Below, piece by piece: positions 1 through 15,365 of a DNA stretch of 64,000 nucleotides (its first letter is position 1; every line of letters starts with the position of its first letter). Source of the DNA: Hemiscyllium ocellatum (taxonomy: Eukaryota); contig NC_083421.1 of assembly GCF_020745735.1 (NCBI RefSeq), positions 53,683,001 to 53,747,000 of the forward strand, read 5' to 3'. The notes below the pieces were generated by a model. It was not told where the DNA came from. It ran no database searches and saw only the letters and a list, made by a program, of their open reading frames with translations. The position numbers were made by a program, and so were the translations under genes.

Positions 1-1179
1 TTTGCAGCCAGTGCCATAATATATGCCCTGAAGCACGCTCTTGCAGTGTCTGAAGTCATCGAAATCCTGGAGATACTATTGATTTTTGTCTATCTTTCTC
101 TCATTGTCCTTTATATCATGCCACGAAGCTTCACACCAGGAGAAGTTATGTTGTTCTTGTCAGGTTTGAGCATAGTTACCAACCAGCTCATCAAACGCTC
201 TTTGACTTTTGGAGATGGTAGATGCGATCCACTTGCATCATTCCTCTTGGTAACTGTGGTTGGAATGGCCCTCCTGGGATTTATTTTCGCTCTCATGTAC
301 TGTTTCATGGACTCTAAAACCTGGGTTTCATCACTGATTTTCCATGTGACCACTTTGGCTTTTGGAATGGGAATCATGGTGCCCTGGTTCTACCGGCTGA
401 CCAGAAACCATCTTTTTCCTTGGCTTCTCAACTTCCTTACAGCAACCAGCACAAGGATCTACCTACTGAGCTACTGGATCACACTGGCATTTTTTGCTTC
501 TGTCATTGTCTTTCATCAGAACAGTAAGCAATCATCTGGGTCTAAAAAGTACAAAGCTTCAACTGCTATAAGGAAAAGTTTTCATTTCATCATAGTGGCA
601 ACCTATGTCCCAGGTCTCATCTATGATCGTTCACTACTCTATGTTGCTGCTGTGGTTTGCTTTGCTGCATTTGTGACGTTGGAATATATAAGGCATTTTA
701 GGATTAAACCACTAGGAATGATGTTGAGACCAATGCTGGCCCTGTTCCTTGATGATCGTGATAGTGGTCCTTTGATCCTGACACACATTTACCTGCTATT
801 AGGACTGACCCTGCCTGTATGGCTTTTCCCTGGAGTGTTTGCCCCACAGAGCTCTTTCTCAGGAGAAGTAGCACTGGCTCCATATGCTGGAGTTCTAGCT
901 GTGGGAATTGGCGATGCATTGGCTTCTGCTATTGGAAGCACAATGGGAGAAGTTAAGTGGCCTGCAACTAAGAAAACCTTTGAAGGAACAGCAACTTCTG
1001 TCTTTGCCCAAATCATCGCTGTTGCTTTGATTCTGATCTTTGATAAAACAGTGAGTTTGAATGGCAGCTACACCTGGATTGTGGGATCTATTGTTATAGT
1101 CTCCCTATTAGAAGCGTACACTGATCAAATAGACAATCTTTTATTGCCCTTGTATCTTTTCCTTATGCTAATGGTTTGA
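1..1179 (+). CDS. DOLK: Dolichol kinase, intronless; 5' part lies upstream of the window
   Basis: Frame is open from base 1 ([21 protein letters not shown]...). Multi-TM protein with DOLK motifs RKx[60 protein letters not shown]; TGA at 1177-1179. The ORF-track start at 46 is an internal GTG. Confidence 0.97.
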   Translation, partial: FAASAIIYALKHALAVSEVIEILEILLIFVYLSLIVLYIMPRSFTPGEVMLFLSGLSIVTNQLIKRSLTFGDGRCDPLASFLLVTVVGMALLGFIFALMYCFMDSKTWVSSLIFHVTTLAFGMGIMVPWFYRLTRNHLFPWLLNFLTATSTRIYLLSYWITLAFFASVIVFHQNSKQSSGSKKYKASTAIRKSFHFIIVATYVPGLIYDRSLLYVAAVVCFAAFVTLEYIRHFRIKPLGMMLRPMLALFLDDRDSGPLILTHIYLLLGLTLPVWLFPGVFAPQSSFSGEVALAPYAGVLAVGIGDALASAIGSTMGEVKWPATKKTFEGTATSVFAQIIAVALILIFDKTVSLNGSYTWIVGSIVIVSLLEAYTDQIDNLLLPLYLFLMLMV

Positions 1180-3614
1180 TTGAGACAGTTGGATGTACAC
1201 TAATGTTGCAGCAAATTCAGGGGCAGATACTACCCAAAAAAAAGGAAATCATAATATTTGAAGGTGATTCCAAAACAAATTAATGTTGAACTGACAAATT
1301 ATTATTTTAAAACAATGATAACTGTAATACAAAAGAATGTGTTAACGCTTTTCCCGATAGTGAATTCATTCCCTGAAGTGAAATTAAGCCCAACACACAA
1401 GGAAAGTCCCTTAGTTTGTTCCCTGGTTTGGATTGATTTAAACAGCCTCGCCCTGACTTGGGAAATTAATTAATTACATCAGCCAGAGCATCCAGAATCT
1501 ATAAAGAAAGGAAGATCTTGAATCTTCAGACACAGCCTTTCATTTTAGCAATGAATGAAGAATTGTGCCTTAAACATCAGAATGGTAAAGGTCACAACTG
1601 CTGTTTTTTCACATGGACCTCAACACATTATCAGTTTGAAGAGAGAGATCTTGTCAAGTGGTATTTTCTCTGTTCAGTAAAAATGAAACAAAAATAGTGC
1701 ATCCCAACCATTGATATGTCAATCTTTATATTTCTGATATTCGATTAACTGTGACTGACTAGTATTTTTTTTTCATGCAGTTGGAAGTCACAATTCACAA
1801 TAAAATACTGCAGCTGTTGAAATTCTGAGACAAACATCAACATTACTGGAAACACTCCGCAAGAAGTATGGTGAAAAGAAAAGGTTAATATTTCAGGTCT
1901 AATCTTTTCATGTTCTGAATCAAAGATTAGAGCAGAAGGATTAACTTTTCACCTCCTTTTAACCTCCTGTCTGACTTACTGAGTCCTCCCAGAATGTTCT
2001 GTTTCGATTCCAGATTTTCAACGTCTACATATTTCATTACCATTCCTGACCACTATCCAGTAAATCCTGATGATGAAAGGTTCTCATGTGGATTTTAGGC
2101 AAGGATGGCTTTGATCTGAATATAAAATGTCCTTTCACTAACCCAACCTGGTATTATCAAATGTAAAGAGAATAGGGAAAAGATTATTAAAACTTGCTTT
2201 TTAAAAACAAGGTATTGATTCAAGAAAAAAATCTCAACTAGCAGATCTTGTGATAATACTGTATTTTACATGTGTGTTGCTGATATTTGCTGATTGAGGT
2301 GTATTGATCACACACAACCATCTGCAAACTTAGTCATGTGACTTATGCCTGATGGACCTTAAGATTTTATTGCACGGAAGATCATAGCTAAAATTTATAT
2401 GTATCGGAAAATGGAATGAATATTAATTCTTACTGAAACCACATCAACCAGGAACAGTACAAAGGGGTATGGTTGGTACTTGAGTAACCTGGAACAATGC
2501 AGAACATTTAGAAAGTATACACTGCAATTTGTAACTGTTATACTTCACAAACATAAGCAAATTGTGATCTGTCATTGGAGAAAGAAGCAGTGAACAGACT
2601 GAAGATCTTTATCAGGGTGATTGGAGAGAAGGTTAGGTGGGTAAAGATTTGGTGAGTCACTCAATCAAGGTCACTAGTATCTACGTTACAGGAACTGGTC
2701 CAGAAAACAGAGACCTGGAAGTCAGTTGCCAGTCATTCAGCAATGGTTACTGCATAATGATGCAGAAAAAAAACAGAAAGGGAATTAGAAAAGTGATTCA
2801 ATCCTGCTGTGCCATTCAATATGATCATACGTGATCATTTTCTCGAATGCCATTTTTCCTGCACCTTATCTGTTTATCTCAGCTTTAAATAGTGATGGAG
2901 CATCCATAACCCTTATCCTTTGAGTGAATCCATTTCTCCCCAACACTTCCAAAAAATTGCACCTTAGCCTGAGATTGTGCCCATATTCTTGATTTCCCAC
3001 CCAACAGAAACAATCTCATTGTCTACCCTGTCAGGTCCATGATTCTAAAAGCTCTGGTTTTGGTTTGGTGTAAACATTTAACTTTTTATGCCCTTATTAA
3101 ATACCTTAGATACATTCCTTAGGACAAATGCACTTTTTAAATGTAAGTTTTTCATGCAAGTAACAAAAAAGTGAGAAAGACAGATACTTCGCCCAACTAT
3201 CTCTCAGACACATGCACAAAAAATGCTTACGAATGATCTTTAGTTACTAAAGAACAAAATCATAACTACAATACATTTTGCACTAATTTATATTTAAACA
3301 TCAGTGCTTTTCTTTGACTGATATGTGATGAGTCACATTCCAAATTTCACCATTTCAACTTGTGGTTGTTAGTCTGTCCCATGTTTTCTAATTGGGCAGT
3401 AGTTAACACCCACTCGAGAAATTTCATCTCCAGGATGAAAGAAATCACTACCTCAATGATTGGCTGGTGAACATTTGAATAATTGTTTCTGGGTGGGTGG
3501 GAAAAAGTGAAATATTGCTGCTTATTGTAGAACATACGTTTCAGCATCTATGTCTATGTGGTCAAATATCTGTTTAAATGGTTACTTCAAATAGTGCATA
3601 AATGGGGGAATTGC

Positions 3615-3975
3615 TGGTTTTACTCATAATGTCACTAAACTAATAATCCAGATGCCCAGGCTAATGCTCTGGGCACATGGGTTCATCCCATCGTGGTAGA
3701 GAATAGAATTTAAACAAATTAATAAATTTTAATATGAAGATAGTCTCATGGTCACTATAATTGAGACTATCAACAATTGTTCTAAAAACCCATCTGGTTC
3801 ACAAATGGTCCTTTGGGAAGAAAATCTGCCATTCTTCCTTGTTCTAACCTAGATGTGATCATGGACCCACAACAATGTGATTTACTCTTAACTGCCCTTT
3901 CAAATGAAGCACTCGGTTCAAGGGCAATTAGGGGTGGGCAAGGCAAATGCAACACCAATATCCCATGAAGGAATA
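3615..3975 (+). mobile_element. Second, old tRNA-derived SINE family
   Basis: Shared head (actagtaatccaga...ggttca), aaaacccatctggttcac core and agggcaattagg tail with copies at about 14930-15365 and 17630-17950. Confidence 0.65.
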
Positions 3976-5020
3976 GAGAATATTAAGAGAGTTATATGAG
4001 AAAATAATTTATCAGGTCATGGAATAAGCTAAGCATCTTGGTCTTCATTACAACCTAGTGACACCAGTTGAGAAAGATGTCTGCATCAATGTCAGGTTGG
4101 TTCAAACTTGGTTGTGATGTATTTATAATAAGGTGGGCTTGTAAGTGACCACAGGTCAATACACTGAGTACTTGTCGAATGAGAGGAGCAGCAAGTGAAT
4201 ACCTACAGCGGAGATGGCAGAAGACCAAACAATTTTATACTGAGGTTTTTCCGTACGGTTAGTCATCCAAGCTTGTAGTTCATTCCAAGAAAATTAAGCA
4301 CACCTCATTGAATACAACAAAATGAATGTTGTCTCTTATTACTTCAGTTTGCTGAAGGACTGATACATTCAAGCACTGTTCTACACAAGTTGCTTGCTTT
4401 TTCTTTAAATTATGATCTGCGCTGTAAAATGATTGTTGACTTCAAGAAATTTACTGAAATTAAATTTCTTGATAATAAACCTTTGATAAGATGCATGCAT
4501 AACTTTATAATCACAAAAGATTTGGAAGCAGAAGATCTTGGGAGACTACAAAATACTAATAAACTATGTAAAAATGATTCTATAGTTAAATTCTGTGTGC
4601 TGCAATTACTGAATACATGCTTTGTTAACTTCTGATATGTAAAAAAACTTCATGTAACTTGCATGGTGCCTGACAGTTAAATAAGAATTTTCATTTTACA
4701 ATGTTGCACTGATAGCAATCTGTTTTAACATGGCTATTGTCTACTAGTTGTAATGAATCATGAATATTTGTTTTTAATAGCTTTTTCTCCCTTCTGGCCT
4801 ATTCCAATGTTACTTTTGCTTCCTCTGACACATTCTCCCACACTCTGTCCGTTGCTTGTACCCTTTTCCCAGTCCTCCTATTCCATCTATTTTCAGTGAT
4901 GAGAAGAAATCCCTATGCCATGTGTCTGCATTTTCACAGCCAATAACATTCAGCTATCATAGGCTGATCACTGTTATTGTATTTCACAGAGGAAACAAGA
5001 TTCTGAAATCATCCCTAAGA

Positions 5021-5322
5021 ATGTGGCACAGTGGTTAGCACTGCTGCCTCGCAGTGCTCGGGACCGGGTTCAATTCCTGCCTCAGGCAACTGTCTATGTG
5101 GAGTTTGCACATTCTCCCAGTGTCTGCATGGGTTTTCTCCGGGTGCTCCGATTTCCTCCCACAGTCCATGGGAGGTGAATTGGCCATGCTAAGTTGCCCG
5201 TAGTGTTAGGTGCATTAGTCTGGGGTAAATGTAGGAGAATGGGTCCGGATGAGATGCCTTTTGGAGAGTCAGTGTGGACTTGTTGGGCCGAAGGGCCTGT
5301 TTCCCACACTGTAGGGAATCTA
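5021..5322 (+). mobile_element. Older V-SINE (HE1-like)
   Basis: gtggcacagtggttagcactgctgcctc head, V-domain, tail cacactgtagggaatcta. Confidence 0.85.
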
Positions 5323-6626
5323 AGAAAAGCCATTGGAATAAGAAGGGGGGAAGTGGGGGAAAAAAAGAGGAAAGGAATCTAACCAGTGATTTCAACATCC
5401 CATGACAAATTTTAGAAATACCCATGCACTCAGATATCAAAACTTGACAGTGTAAAGAATTTATAATTTTATATCCTTTGTTCAAGCTTGAACTAATAAA
5501 GTGGTTAAGCAAAACCCACTGAACTCTGAGTCATACAGCATGGAAACAAACCCTTTCTCAGTGCTTCTATTTACATGCTAGCCAACTGAGAAAGACCTCC
5601 ATAGATGCACCATGTTTAATGTCTACAATATATTAACAGTACAGATTGCAGTGTAATTCATACACCAGCCTTTTTTTTCCCACCCCATCTTTAAATATGA
5701 TGCAGTTTAAATGTTCTCTCTCTGAACAAGCTGCACTTCATTAATATATTGATCACTAACTTTCAATGTTATCCTTACACTGATTTGTATTGTAGTGAAG
5801 TATGGAAGGTTTGCACTGTATTCACTGGAAGTATAAAATGTCAGACAAGAATAAATCAATCTATTGATCATTCATGCTGTATTAATGGTTTTCTTTTTTT
5901 CATTCTTATAATATTAGCTCTCTTTCGTTACTATTTCCATACCTGGGGGATCAATAAGACACTACCAAACTTGTAAACAAGTTCCCCAAGACTTGATTAA
6001 TTCTAATGAATGTTTGAGTATCTGAGCCAAGATTCTCAGGCATCCAAGCAAGATTCACAACTTAATTTCTCACAAGTTTACTCCAGCATACTGACAGAAT
6101 CAGCCTCAATGAGATATTGAAAATAAAATACTGTGGATGTTGAAAATCTGAAATAAAAACAGAAACCATGGAGAAATTCAGCTGGTCTGGCAGCATTTGT
6201 GGAGAATGAAACAGTTAACATTTTGAGTTTGTTAGGGCTCCTCTTTGCCTCAATAAGACCTTTTATTAGAGGTTGCATGATACAAATTTCCAGCTGAACA
6301 ATTTTTTTTTAAAATTAATTTAGTTTCTTAAAAGAGGATAAAGCAAAGCACAAGATAGATGAATTGTAGCTTTATTCCAGAATAGGTAAAATATGTGGTC
6401 AAGACAAATCACAGTAACAGTAAGAAAGATAATTGCAGAAGGATACAATTTGCTTAAATCCATGATCAATGCCACAGAAAGATAGTTCATATGCTGTGAT
6501 TTAATTTGTAAATATACTCTCAACACAATCTAAAATATTATACATTCCAGCTAGCAGCACAATACATTACATCTGTGCACATAATGTCTTTCTGTATTGT
6601 ATTAGCTCTGTTTAAAATGATGAAAT

Positions 6627-6672
6627 TTAAGTGTATAAAAGTGGGAATGGTAGTTCTGGAGTTGGCTGCAAC
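6627..6672 (-). CDS. PHYHD1: PHYHD1 last coding exon (WLQPTPELPFPLLYT*)
   Basis: 46 nt after ttccag, TAA at 6629-6627; minus-strand AATAAA at 6376-6371. Confidence 0.95.
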
Positions 6673-7601
6673 CTGGAATTGAGAAAAGAAAAAGCATAAT
6701 TAGCACATTTATCTAAACAACAATGAGCAAGTTTATTCAGTCTTACACTGTCTCATTTGATGGAATTATATAATGTTACAGCCCATACAGGCTCATTATG
6801 CCTATATGACTTGATTGATAATTGTCTTACTGCTCTTTTCATTCCCCACTACAGCCCTGTAATTCCTTTCCCCTCCAAGTATTTCTTCAATTCTCTTTTC
6901 AAAGTTAATCTGCTTTCACTCCCATTTCAAGCAGTGCATTCCAGATGGCAGCAACTTCAAAAAAGCTCAACTTTTTGCCTGTGTGTCTTCTGCCAATCTG
7001 CAAAAATGTTCATTCCAGAATTGAACACAATATTTTAGTTAAGGCCTAACCAGTGTTTTGTACAGGTTTTTGCAAGGTTTGTGAAGGTTTTTATAACATC
7101 TGTACCTTGAAACATATTTTTTGAAAGAATAACCTTCTGAACTTTTGTTTCAAGTACTAATGTGCAAAAGCGGCTGCTGTACTTTCCTTCCCATGTGGCA
7201 CAGAATGATTGAATGAATGGTGGATTGAAATGAAATGAATGGGTGAGCTGGAATGAACTAAAGAAGTAAATTGTCCAGATTCCTCACCACTAGCTAGGAT
7301 TACCAATATCAGTCCAGGAAGCAGAGGGCAGCAGTTCCCTTTAATTGAGTTTTCTAACTCAGCCCAGGCAGGAGATGACACATTTTCAGAGCAGCATATT
7401 CTCTTCCTGTTGATCAAATACAAAACCTGACCAATAAACCTTCCAGCAGACTAATTGTGGTGGAATTCTCCATTCAGACTAGACCTCCATTGCTTGACAA
7501 AGGAAGAAATATTCAGCAGGTGGGTTTAATTAAATGTAGGAAAATATCCAAACTAATGTAATAAAAACAACATTGGAATCTTGTAAATGCAACTGCACTC
7601 A

Positions 7602-7907
<306 letters not shown>

Positions 7908-8783
7908 CTAGAAATCCAGGCATCTATATTACAGGGTGTAATCTCCCTTCCCAACATCAGGTCAAGAAACCCTGCAACTTAAAGCCACAGATGCTATTTG
8001 AAAACCTTCTCTCAGCTGTAATTGAGAAATTCAAAGCATCAGTAATGCTCACATTGTGAAAACACCAGGTAATTTTAGTGTCTAAAACTACTGAATGTCA
8101 AGAAAGGTGGAATAATTCAACACTCCTATCAGTTCGATTGGAAGTTCAATTGGAGTCAATAGCTGATGGTGTTATTGATCTTTCACCTGCTTTACTTTCA
8201 AACACCAGCTGATAAATGCTCACCAGGCCTGCTTCGAGGTCTACGCAGAAAATGCATTCCAGCAAACTCTCAGGTGGTGTCCTAGAGTCAAGTGTCAATT
8301 CATTTTTGCTTCCTTCCAATTGGTCAAGTCTTGTTGCCTCCCCTCTCATATCCTTCCTCCCATCCCTATGTATGCACCCCCATAGTGCAAGAAATCAGGG
8401 ATGCCAGACCATTTCCTGCCATAGGATTGAACATTGCTTTACAACTTAGATAAAGTCAAATCCATGTCATTGCATAGAATTTTTAACCAGTGTTTTGAAG
8501 ATTATCTGCAATATTTTCTTTTGCTTTCCTGTGAAAATCAGAAGAGTTACATCGCTCATAGACTAATTAATATCAAGAGTTAGAGAAGCCAAGTCTATTA
8601 TAGTAATTTATTCTCATAGTTATTCAGATGATAACTAGTATTTTTGGCATCAGAGGCATTCAAATACACTACTTGTAACATTCCCTGATATTACATCACT
8701 AGAATTAACTCCATGCTGCAGCCAACAATAGAGATACAAAGCATTACAATCAATCTTCATTACCATTTCAAATTCACAACTAC

Positions 8784-8900
8784 CTTTTTTAACAGGAACT
8801 GGGATAAATTCATTGTCTGGATAATCAGGTTGCTCTCCAATAAATTTGAGCAAAGGATATTCTCCTTTAGGGGCACGTAACATCCTCCGAGTAATACCAG
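8784..8900 (-). CDS. PHYHD1: PHYHD1 coding exon 9 (AGITRRMLRAPKGEYP...FIPVPVKK)
   Basis: 117 nt, phase 1-1, RRMxRAP motif. Confidence 0.95.
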
Positions 8901-9562
8901 CTGTCAAGTCAGAAAGAAACAAAGTTTTGTATATTGGGTATGAAGCATGAGTTGATATTTCAAACAGCAATTTCTCTTATGTGTGAATTTTCCTGTTCCA
9001 CCTTTTTTTTCTACTTCCTATAGCCCAGCTTAGGAAAGCTTTGGGGAGAAAAACACAAAGAATTGATTGAGGACTCTATCTTCCTGATCTCACTACTCTG
9101 CCCATAGAATGGCTTCTGTCCAGGACAAAGCAGGATGCTTGATTGGGACCCTATACATCACCTTAAATATTCACTCCCTCCACCATTAATGCACAGTGGC
9201 AACAGTGTGTTTCATCTACCAAACGCACTGCAGCAACACAAGGTTCCTTCAACAGCATCTTCCAATCCCATAAACTCCTCCACTAGGAAGAAAAAGAGTA
9301 ACAGAAGCATGGGACCACCACCTATAAATTCCCCTACAAGTCACACACCATGCCAAATTGGAACTAAATCCCTGACCCTTTACTTGTTACTGAGTCAAAA
9401 CCTTGGAACTATTATCACAACTCTTACCACACCACATGGATTGCAGTAGTTCAAGAACATAGCTCACTATCACCTTCTCCAAAGGCAACTAGGAATTGGT
9501 AATAAATGCTGGCCCCGCCAGTAATGCCCAAATCCCATGAACAAATTCAAAACAAAACTTCA

Positions 9563-9850
<288 letters not shown>

Positions 9851-9919
9851 TTAGAGAGTATTCAGGGATGATTTGGTTGTCATCAAAATCAGGTCATCAA
9901 TTTACAGCAAATCCATACT

Positions 9920-10520
9920 CTTAGAAACCAAAAGCAGGAGTAGGACAATTAATCTTCCAGGCTGATCTATCATTTAATATGATCACACTTGAGCTTCTAT
10001 CCAAATTCCATATTCCCACTTTCTCTCCATACCCCTTGATACCTTTATATATTTATCAATCTCTTTCTTAAATATACTCAGTGATGTGAGTTCCACAGCC
10101 TTCTGTGGTAGTCAATTCCACAGGTTGACCACCCTCTGATTGCAGAAATGTTTCCTCTTCTCAGCCCTAAATAGTTCTAAATAGTTTTTCCATATCCCCT
10201 TGGTCCTAGACACCCCAACCAGGGCACACATTCTCCACGTATCTAGTTTGTCTAGCCCTCTTAAATTTGTGTATATTTCAATCAGATCCCTTCTCACTCT
10301 TCTGAACTCTAATGAGTACCAGTGCAGTTGAACCAATCTGTCCTCATATGATAGTCCTGCTATTCTCAGTATTAGCTTAGTGAATCTCTGTTGCATTCCC
10401 TCTATGACAAATAGTTCCCTACCTAGGGAAACCAAAACTGCACACGACACTCCAGATGTGTTCTTACCAAGTCCCTCTATAACTGTAGTGGGACATTCCT
10501 ACTTTTGAATTCAAACACTG
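9920..10520 (-). mobile_element. CR1 3' fragment
   Basis: QQRFTKLI...SYEDRL...SLEFRRVRRDLIE...QRVVNLWN. Confidence 0.85.
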
Positions 10521-10841
10521 TTGAGGTTAACTCAGTTGATCAGGAGAGGGCACCCTACCATTTCCTCTCTGAATTCTCACAAGAGTCTGTCACTACATCA
10601 GCAATGGTACCTCACATCCCTCCCACTGTTTAAAACAAAAGTGACAGAGGAAGAAAAGTAATCAATCTAGTTATGAGATGATTGTTAAAGAAAGACAAGA
10701 TATAATTGTAAAATATCAGTTATGCTTATTGCATTGGGAATATTATTCTCTTCATTGTTATCCAGTGATATTGACAGAGCAAACACAGGGACAACTAAGT
10801 GGTAAGTTTGTGGTGTTACAGGAAAGGTGGTTTGGCCATAC

Positions 10842-10863
10842 CTTCACCACCAATTTGTGGTTG
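10842..10863 (-). CDS. PHYHD1: PHYHD1 coding exon 7, 22-nt microexon (QPQIGGE)
   Basis: Strong polypyrimidine tract + cag, gtatgg donor; supplies QPxxGGE between SMYIFK and VxPHQD. Confidence 0.92.
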
Positions 10864-12949
10864 CTGAAGAAGGGAAAAAAAACAGAGAAACATGTTGTTA
10901 GCATTTTGTACAAGCTTACATTACAGTAGAGTGCTCTCATGATACAAGAGCTTATATTACAGTAGAGTGTTCATGACAATTAACACAGGATTCAACTGAT
11001 TAACTTCAGCCACCTGACATAACCTGTAGCGTCTCCGTGACAGACACATGGTCATCTCATGCACTACATCATCAAGTAGGTCTAGACATCTGCATAAACC
11101 CACGGGATAATGTCTCAGAACATTACAAAAATGATCATATGTGACGTTAGAATTAAATGTCGGAGTGGGTTTCCTAGAAACTTTTAGTGCAGAATCTCCC
11201 CAGGTCCTGAACAATCTGGGATCAGGTGAGGAATTCAGGAGAATCATGGGAGAACTTGGGGGAGACCTTTCTCGATGCCTGGAGTAACAGCTTTCCAACT
11301 GAGTTCTGAATATCAAGACCAAATCCTTGCTATGAGTGATGAAAGGCTTATTAGTGGGGATTATTGATTATTATTACTCTCATTACCATCTAATCTCACT
11401 TCATTAATGTGCAAGTTCCTATTGTACTGCAAACTGGTTAGAAGCTAGATACTGAGAATTCCTGACATGAAAGTTGGAGTGGGTGTCTGGTGACTCCAGC
11501 TCATCACTTGCTCCTTTGGACCTCCATCTTGGTCAGCTGGTATGAATGCCACAGGGCATTGTCCATGGCATTGGCCATACATACTCTACATCCACATATA
11601 TTGAAATGTGACACATGCCAGCCTCTTTGCACTATCGTGGGACATTCCAATCCACTCACAGTACACTCCTGCACTTTAATCCTGCACTGTGGAGTACACC
11701 TGCACCTCTCATTGCAATGCAATTGGAAGGACAGTTTATGTGCAGGGACAGGCACCCAGTTTGCAGAATGGATAAGCATGACAGTATTCTGTCTTGCTTA
11801 GCTGGTTAGAGCAGACACAAAGCCAGACGAGTTGTGAGCTGTCACCAGTGTGAACATATTACTGGAGGGCAAAGTGTTATGTGAATCTCAGACCTAGTTC
11901 CAAGTGCCTTCAAAGCACATACACTACATATGCTTCAGTCAATTGGCTATGCCTCAGAATAGAAGGGTTGCAGTCTTCAGTTGAGTCAAAAGGTCCCAGT
12001 ACCTTCAGTAATGAGCAGCATCCACTCACAGTTAGTAGCTTGTGCAGTCAGTTATCTATTTGAGGTATTCAAGGTCGGGGCCCATGTCACTGGAGTCCGG
12101 AAAGTGGGACCACAGTCGGTACTGGGTATCAGTAGCATGAGCAAGGAATAGTGGAGTGAGAGTCAAGGGGACTGTTGGGAGATAGAGTGAATCAACACTG
12201 GGGATTATAGGCAGCAGAAAAGATGCAGGGGATTGTAGGTAGCTGAGGAGACAAAGACAGTGAAGGTTGGAAAAATGATACATAAAGAGGGTGAGCAATA
12301 GTCCATGGGAGGACATTGTGGCTATGGAGGGGAGAGAGGTGTGTGCTAGGTGTGTACAACGGCCTCAAGGAGGAGACTATGGAGCCTCATGGTGGGCATC
12401 CCCAAATTGTAGTGAGGATGTTTGTGAAGTAAGGAATAGAGGTGGAGTCTTCATTAAATGTGGGGCTTTGGTCAAGCTGTACTATCCAGGAAGTGCCAGT
12501 AGAAATGGAAATAGGGGTTTGGGGGAAGGGAAGGGGTGACGTCCAAGCCAAGCCCACTACTCATGGTGTCCAGCATGATCTGTGTCTCCTTCCAAGGTCT
12601 GATGATTCCTAAAAGTGACCAGTGAATGGAAAATAACTGCGACCACACCCGAAATGGACAGAGTTAGCGTCAGCCAAAAATGCATGCTCCACTTCTGTGC
12701 AATTGGAGATCTTTCAGGACATTTGCCACAATGTAACTATTCACATCATTTACAATTATATCATTATGCATGTGAGATGCATTTGCTGGTCACAAGTAAT
12801 GCCAACCATGTCACCTGTCATTGCAGATTGCTGGTAGGCATCTCTACAAAGCACAAGTAATCATAGGGAACACAATCAAAGGAGGCATTTGCTGGCCACA
12901 GTGCACACAACTATTGCAAGACCACCTAGCGTACAAAGGAGCACCTGAA

Positions 12950-13850
12950 CTTAAAGTATAATCCTTCTTTATATGCAATGGTGCTTTATGTAGGTGACAT
13001 TGGGCTGGCAGGAGAGGGGTTAGTCTGCATTCAGCACAACAGTATGCCATCCATTGTCACATAACCCATGGAGTACTCGTTGAAATAAGGTCTATGTCAA
13101 AGTGCCAAGAAGAGTCAATACATGGCCCTCCTTGTCTGAATGCACCATGTCTCACTATTGATGGATATGTTAAACTGTAATACGTAAGGGATGTGATTTT
13201 TAACTGCACCCATTGCTAAGTCCCTGCTCCATCTGTTACGCTTCACACACAGGTATGATCATTGCTGTTGCTGCCATGCATGAGGGAAGAGGAACAGTGC
13301 ACCATCAAATGCACACATCACACTGAGAGGACCATATCATAATCCATCAATAGGAAGGGTTTCATTGCATCAATGTGGAAGTGATCTCTGATCACCAGTT
13401 TCACCTCTTGGAGATTTGCTCCGGTACTCAGAAAGTTGATACAGTTTCTACATCCTTGAGAACTCTATATTCATGCTGCATTGGAGGATCCAGGTGCTTT
13501 ACAAGACTGGTTACTGGGCTATAAGCCACTGTAGCCAACGCTGATGGGTTTGTTACACAGAACTTGACTAAGGCGAAGTGTAGATACAATGTACTATCCT
13601 TTGACCAGGTCATATTGAATTAGGCAATGGGACTGCTGAAGATGGGCTGGTCTGAGGGGACCAGTAACTCTACACAATTGGAGCAAGCAGCAAGGGAATG
13701 TGATGGACACTGATAAACCAGGAGGAGACCACTCTTCCAAGGAAGTGGACAAGGATATTAAGCAAGCAGAACATCACCTTTTCCAAGACAGAGCACAGCT
13801 ATGCCAACTACTGCAAACCAGACTTCATTCATATCTAGTTCTGGTAAATG
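12950..13850 (+). mobile_element. PIF/Harbinger transposase fossil
   Basis: Broken but ordered motifs: TIKCTHI (GAIDCTHI-like, about 13300), NRKGFHCINVEVISDHQ (13348-13398), WLLG (about 13508), IExAxGLLK-like (about 13615). Boundaries uncertain. Confidence 0.65.
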
Positions 13851-14929
13851 AGAGCTGGGTGCAATGATCACTCATTGACTGTAAAATAATTATTACTCAA
13901 CATCTTACTAATTCACTTGTATTCCAGGAGAGAAATGGAGCTTCTGTTTATTTGACTTCTGTCCACTTTTCATATTGATGTATAAAAGTTATTGTTTGGA
14001 ATATTTGAAACCTTCCCTGTATGAGATGGCACCTCAATGATAAGATGCCGAGCTACAGTGGGGGATAGAATTAGACTTAGAGAGAACTGAAAGATGGGTC
14101 ATGGCTAAGATCAGGGAGCTGTGTGGCTTACAACCATAGCTGCAGGAATGTGCAGTGGGATAGTCAGACGTGCCACTTACGTACTGTCAGAAGGAACAGT
14201 TTGTAGCTTCTGTGCCACTATGCTGACAGTGAAGGGTAGCTTCAGTCTGCCAGTGCTTAATCAGACTCACTGCCAGGCTTAGAAGATAAAATCAGTGCCA
14301 GGAATGATAGTCTATTTGGGATATCCTGGCAGTGGCAAGGACTTCTGGCTACGCTGAGTGTTAAAGTCGGGCTAGCATTGAATAAGTGGGGTGCCATGGG
14401 AACATGGTAGGTAGTCAGTGAGGTGAATTTGGGACATTTGTGCAAGCAAACACAGATGTGTAGGTTAGGTGCATTGGTCAGGGGTAAATATAGGACAGTA
14501 AGGTAGTGGAATGAATCCAGGTGGGTTACTCTTTGGAAGGTCGGTGTAGCCTTGTTGGACTGAAGGGCCTGTTTCCACACTGTAGGGATTCTATGATGGG
14601 CAGAGAGAAAGCTTCCATGGAACGTGCCAAAATGACACTTTCCCAAAATAGAAGATTCAGTCCAAAGTCTGCAAACCATTCATTATTCTGCAATTGAGCT
14701 ACTACTGCAAAATTAGGACACTGGAATTAATAAATTATTAAAAATAGAGGCAAGTACTTAATAGCAATTGCTCTATAGAAACACCCAATAATAAATGTAA
14801 CATAGATAGAAGACTATTCAATCCTCCTTGTTCATTCTCTCAGATCAAACCTATATTCCCCCAACTATTTATTGTAGAGTTACATGTTTTTGTTTCATTA
14901 GGAGGTCTGTTTCCATTTCAATAATTAGA

Positions 14930-15365
14930 GGGACATAGTGGTAATGTTAATAGACATGTATTCCGTTAGCCTGGAATAAAGCTCTGGTCACAAATTCAAA
15001 TTCCAGCACAGAAAGTTGGAAAATGTAAAATTCAATTGATTAATAAATCTGGAATAAAATTCCAATATCATTAATAATGAACATGAATAATTGTGCTATT
15101 GTTAAGATTCCACTTGGCTCACTAAAAATCTTCAGGACAGAAATACACCATTCTTAAATGACTTGGCCTACACATGACTTCAGATCCATAACAATGCAGT
15201 TGACTCTTAACCAGACACTGCAAGTCACTCATTTAATCAAGTCACTGTAAAAAAACAGCAAAGTACATGAACTATAATGGTTCTGGAAGGCTGCTCAGCT
15301 CCACCTTCTCGAGGGCAATTAGAGTTGTGTGACAAATGCTGAGCTTGCCAGCAAAAATGAATAAT
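14930..15365 (+). mobile_element. Second SINE family copy
   Basis: Homologous to 3615-3975. Confidence 0.6.

Noticed and set aside
2067-2120. ATGATGA...CTGA resembling a C/D box snoRNA
   Set aside because: Too short, no terminal stem, and located in the DOLK 3' region rather than an intron.
10921-10970. 13-bp direct repeat TTACAGTAGAGTG near the microexon
   Set aside because: Only two units; simple slippage duplication, not an array.
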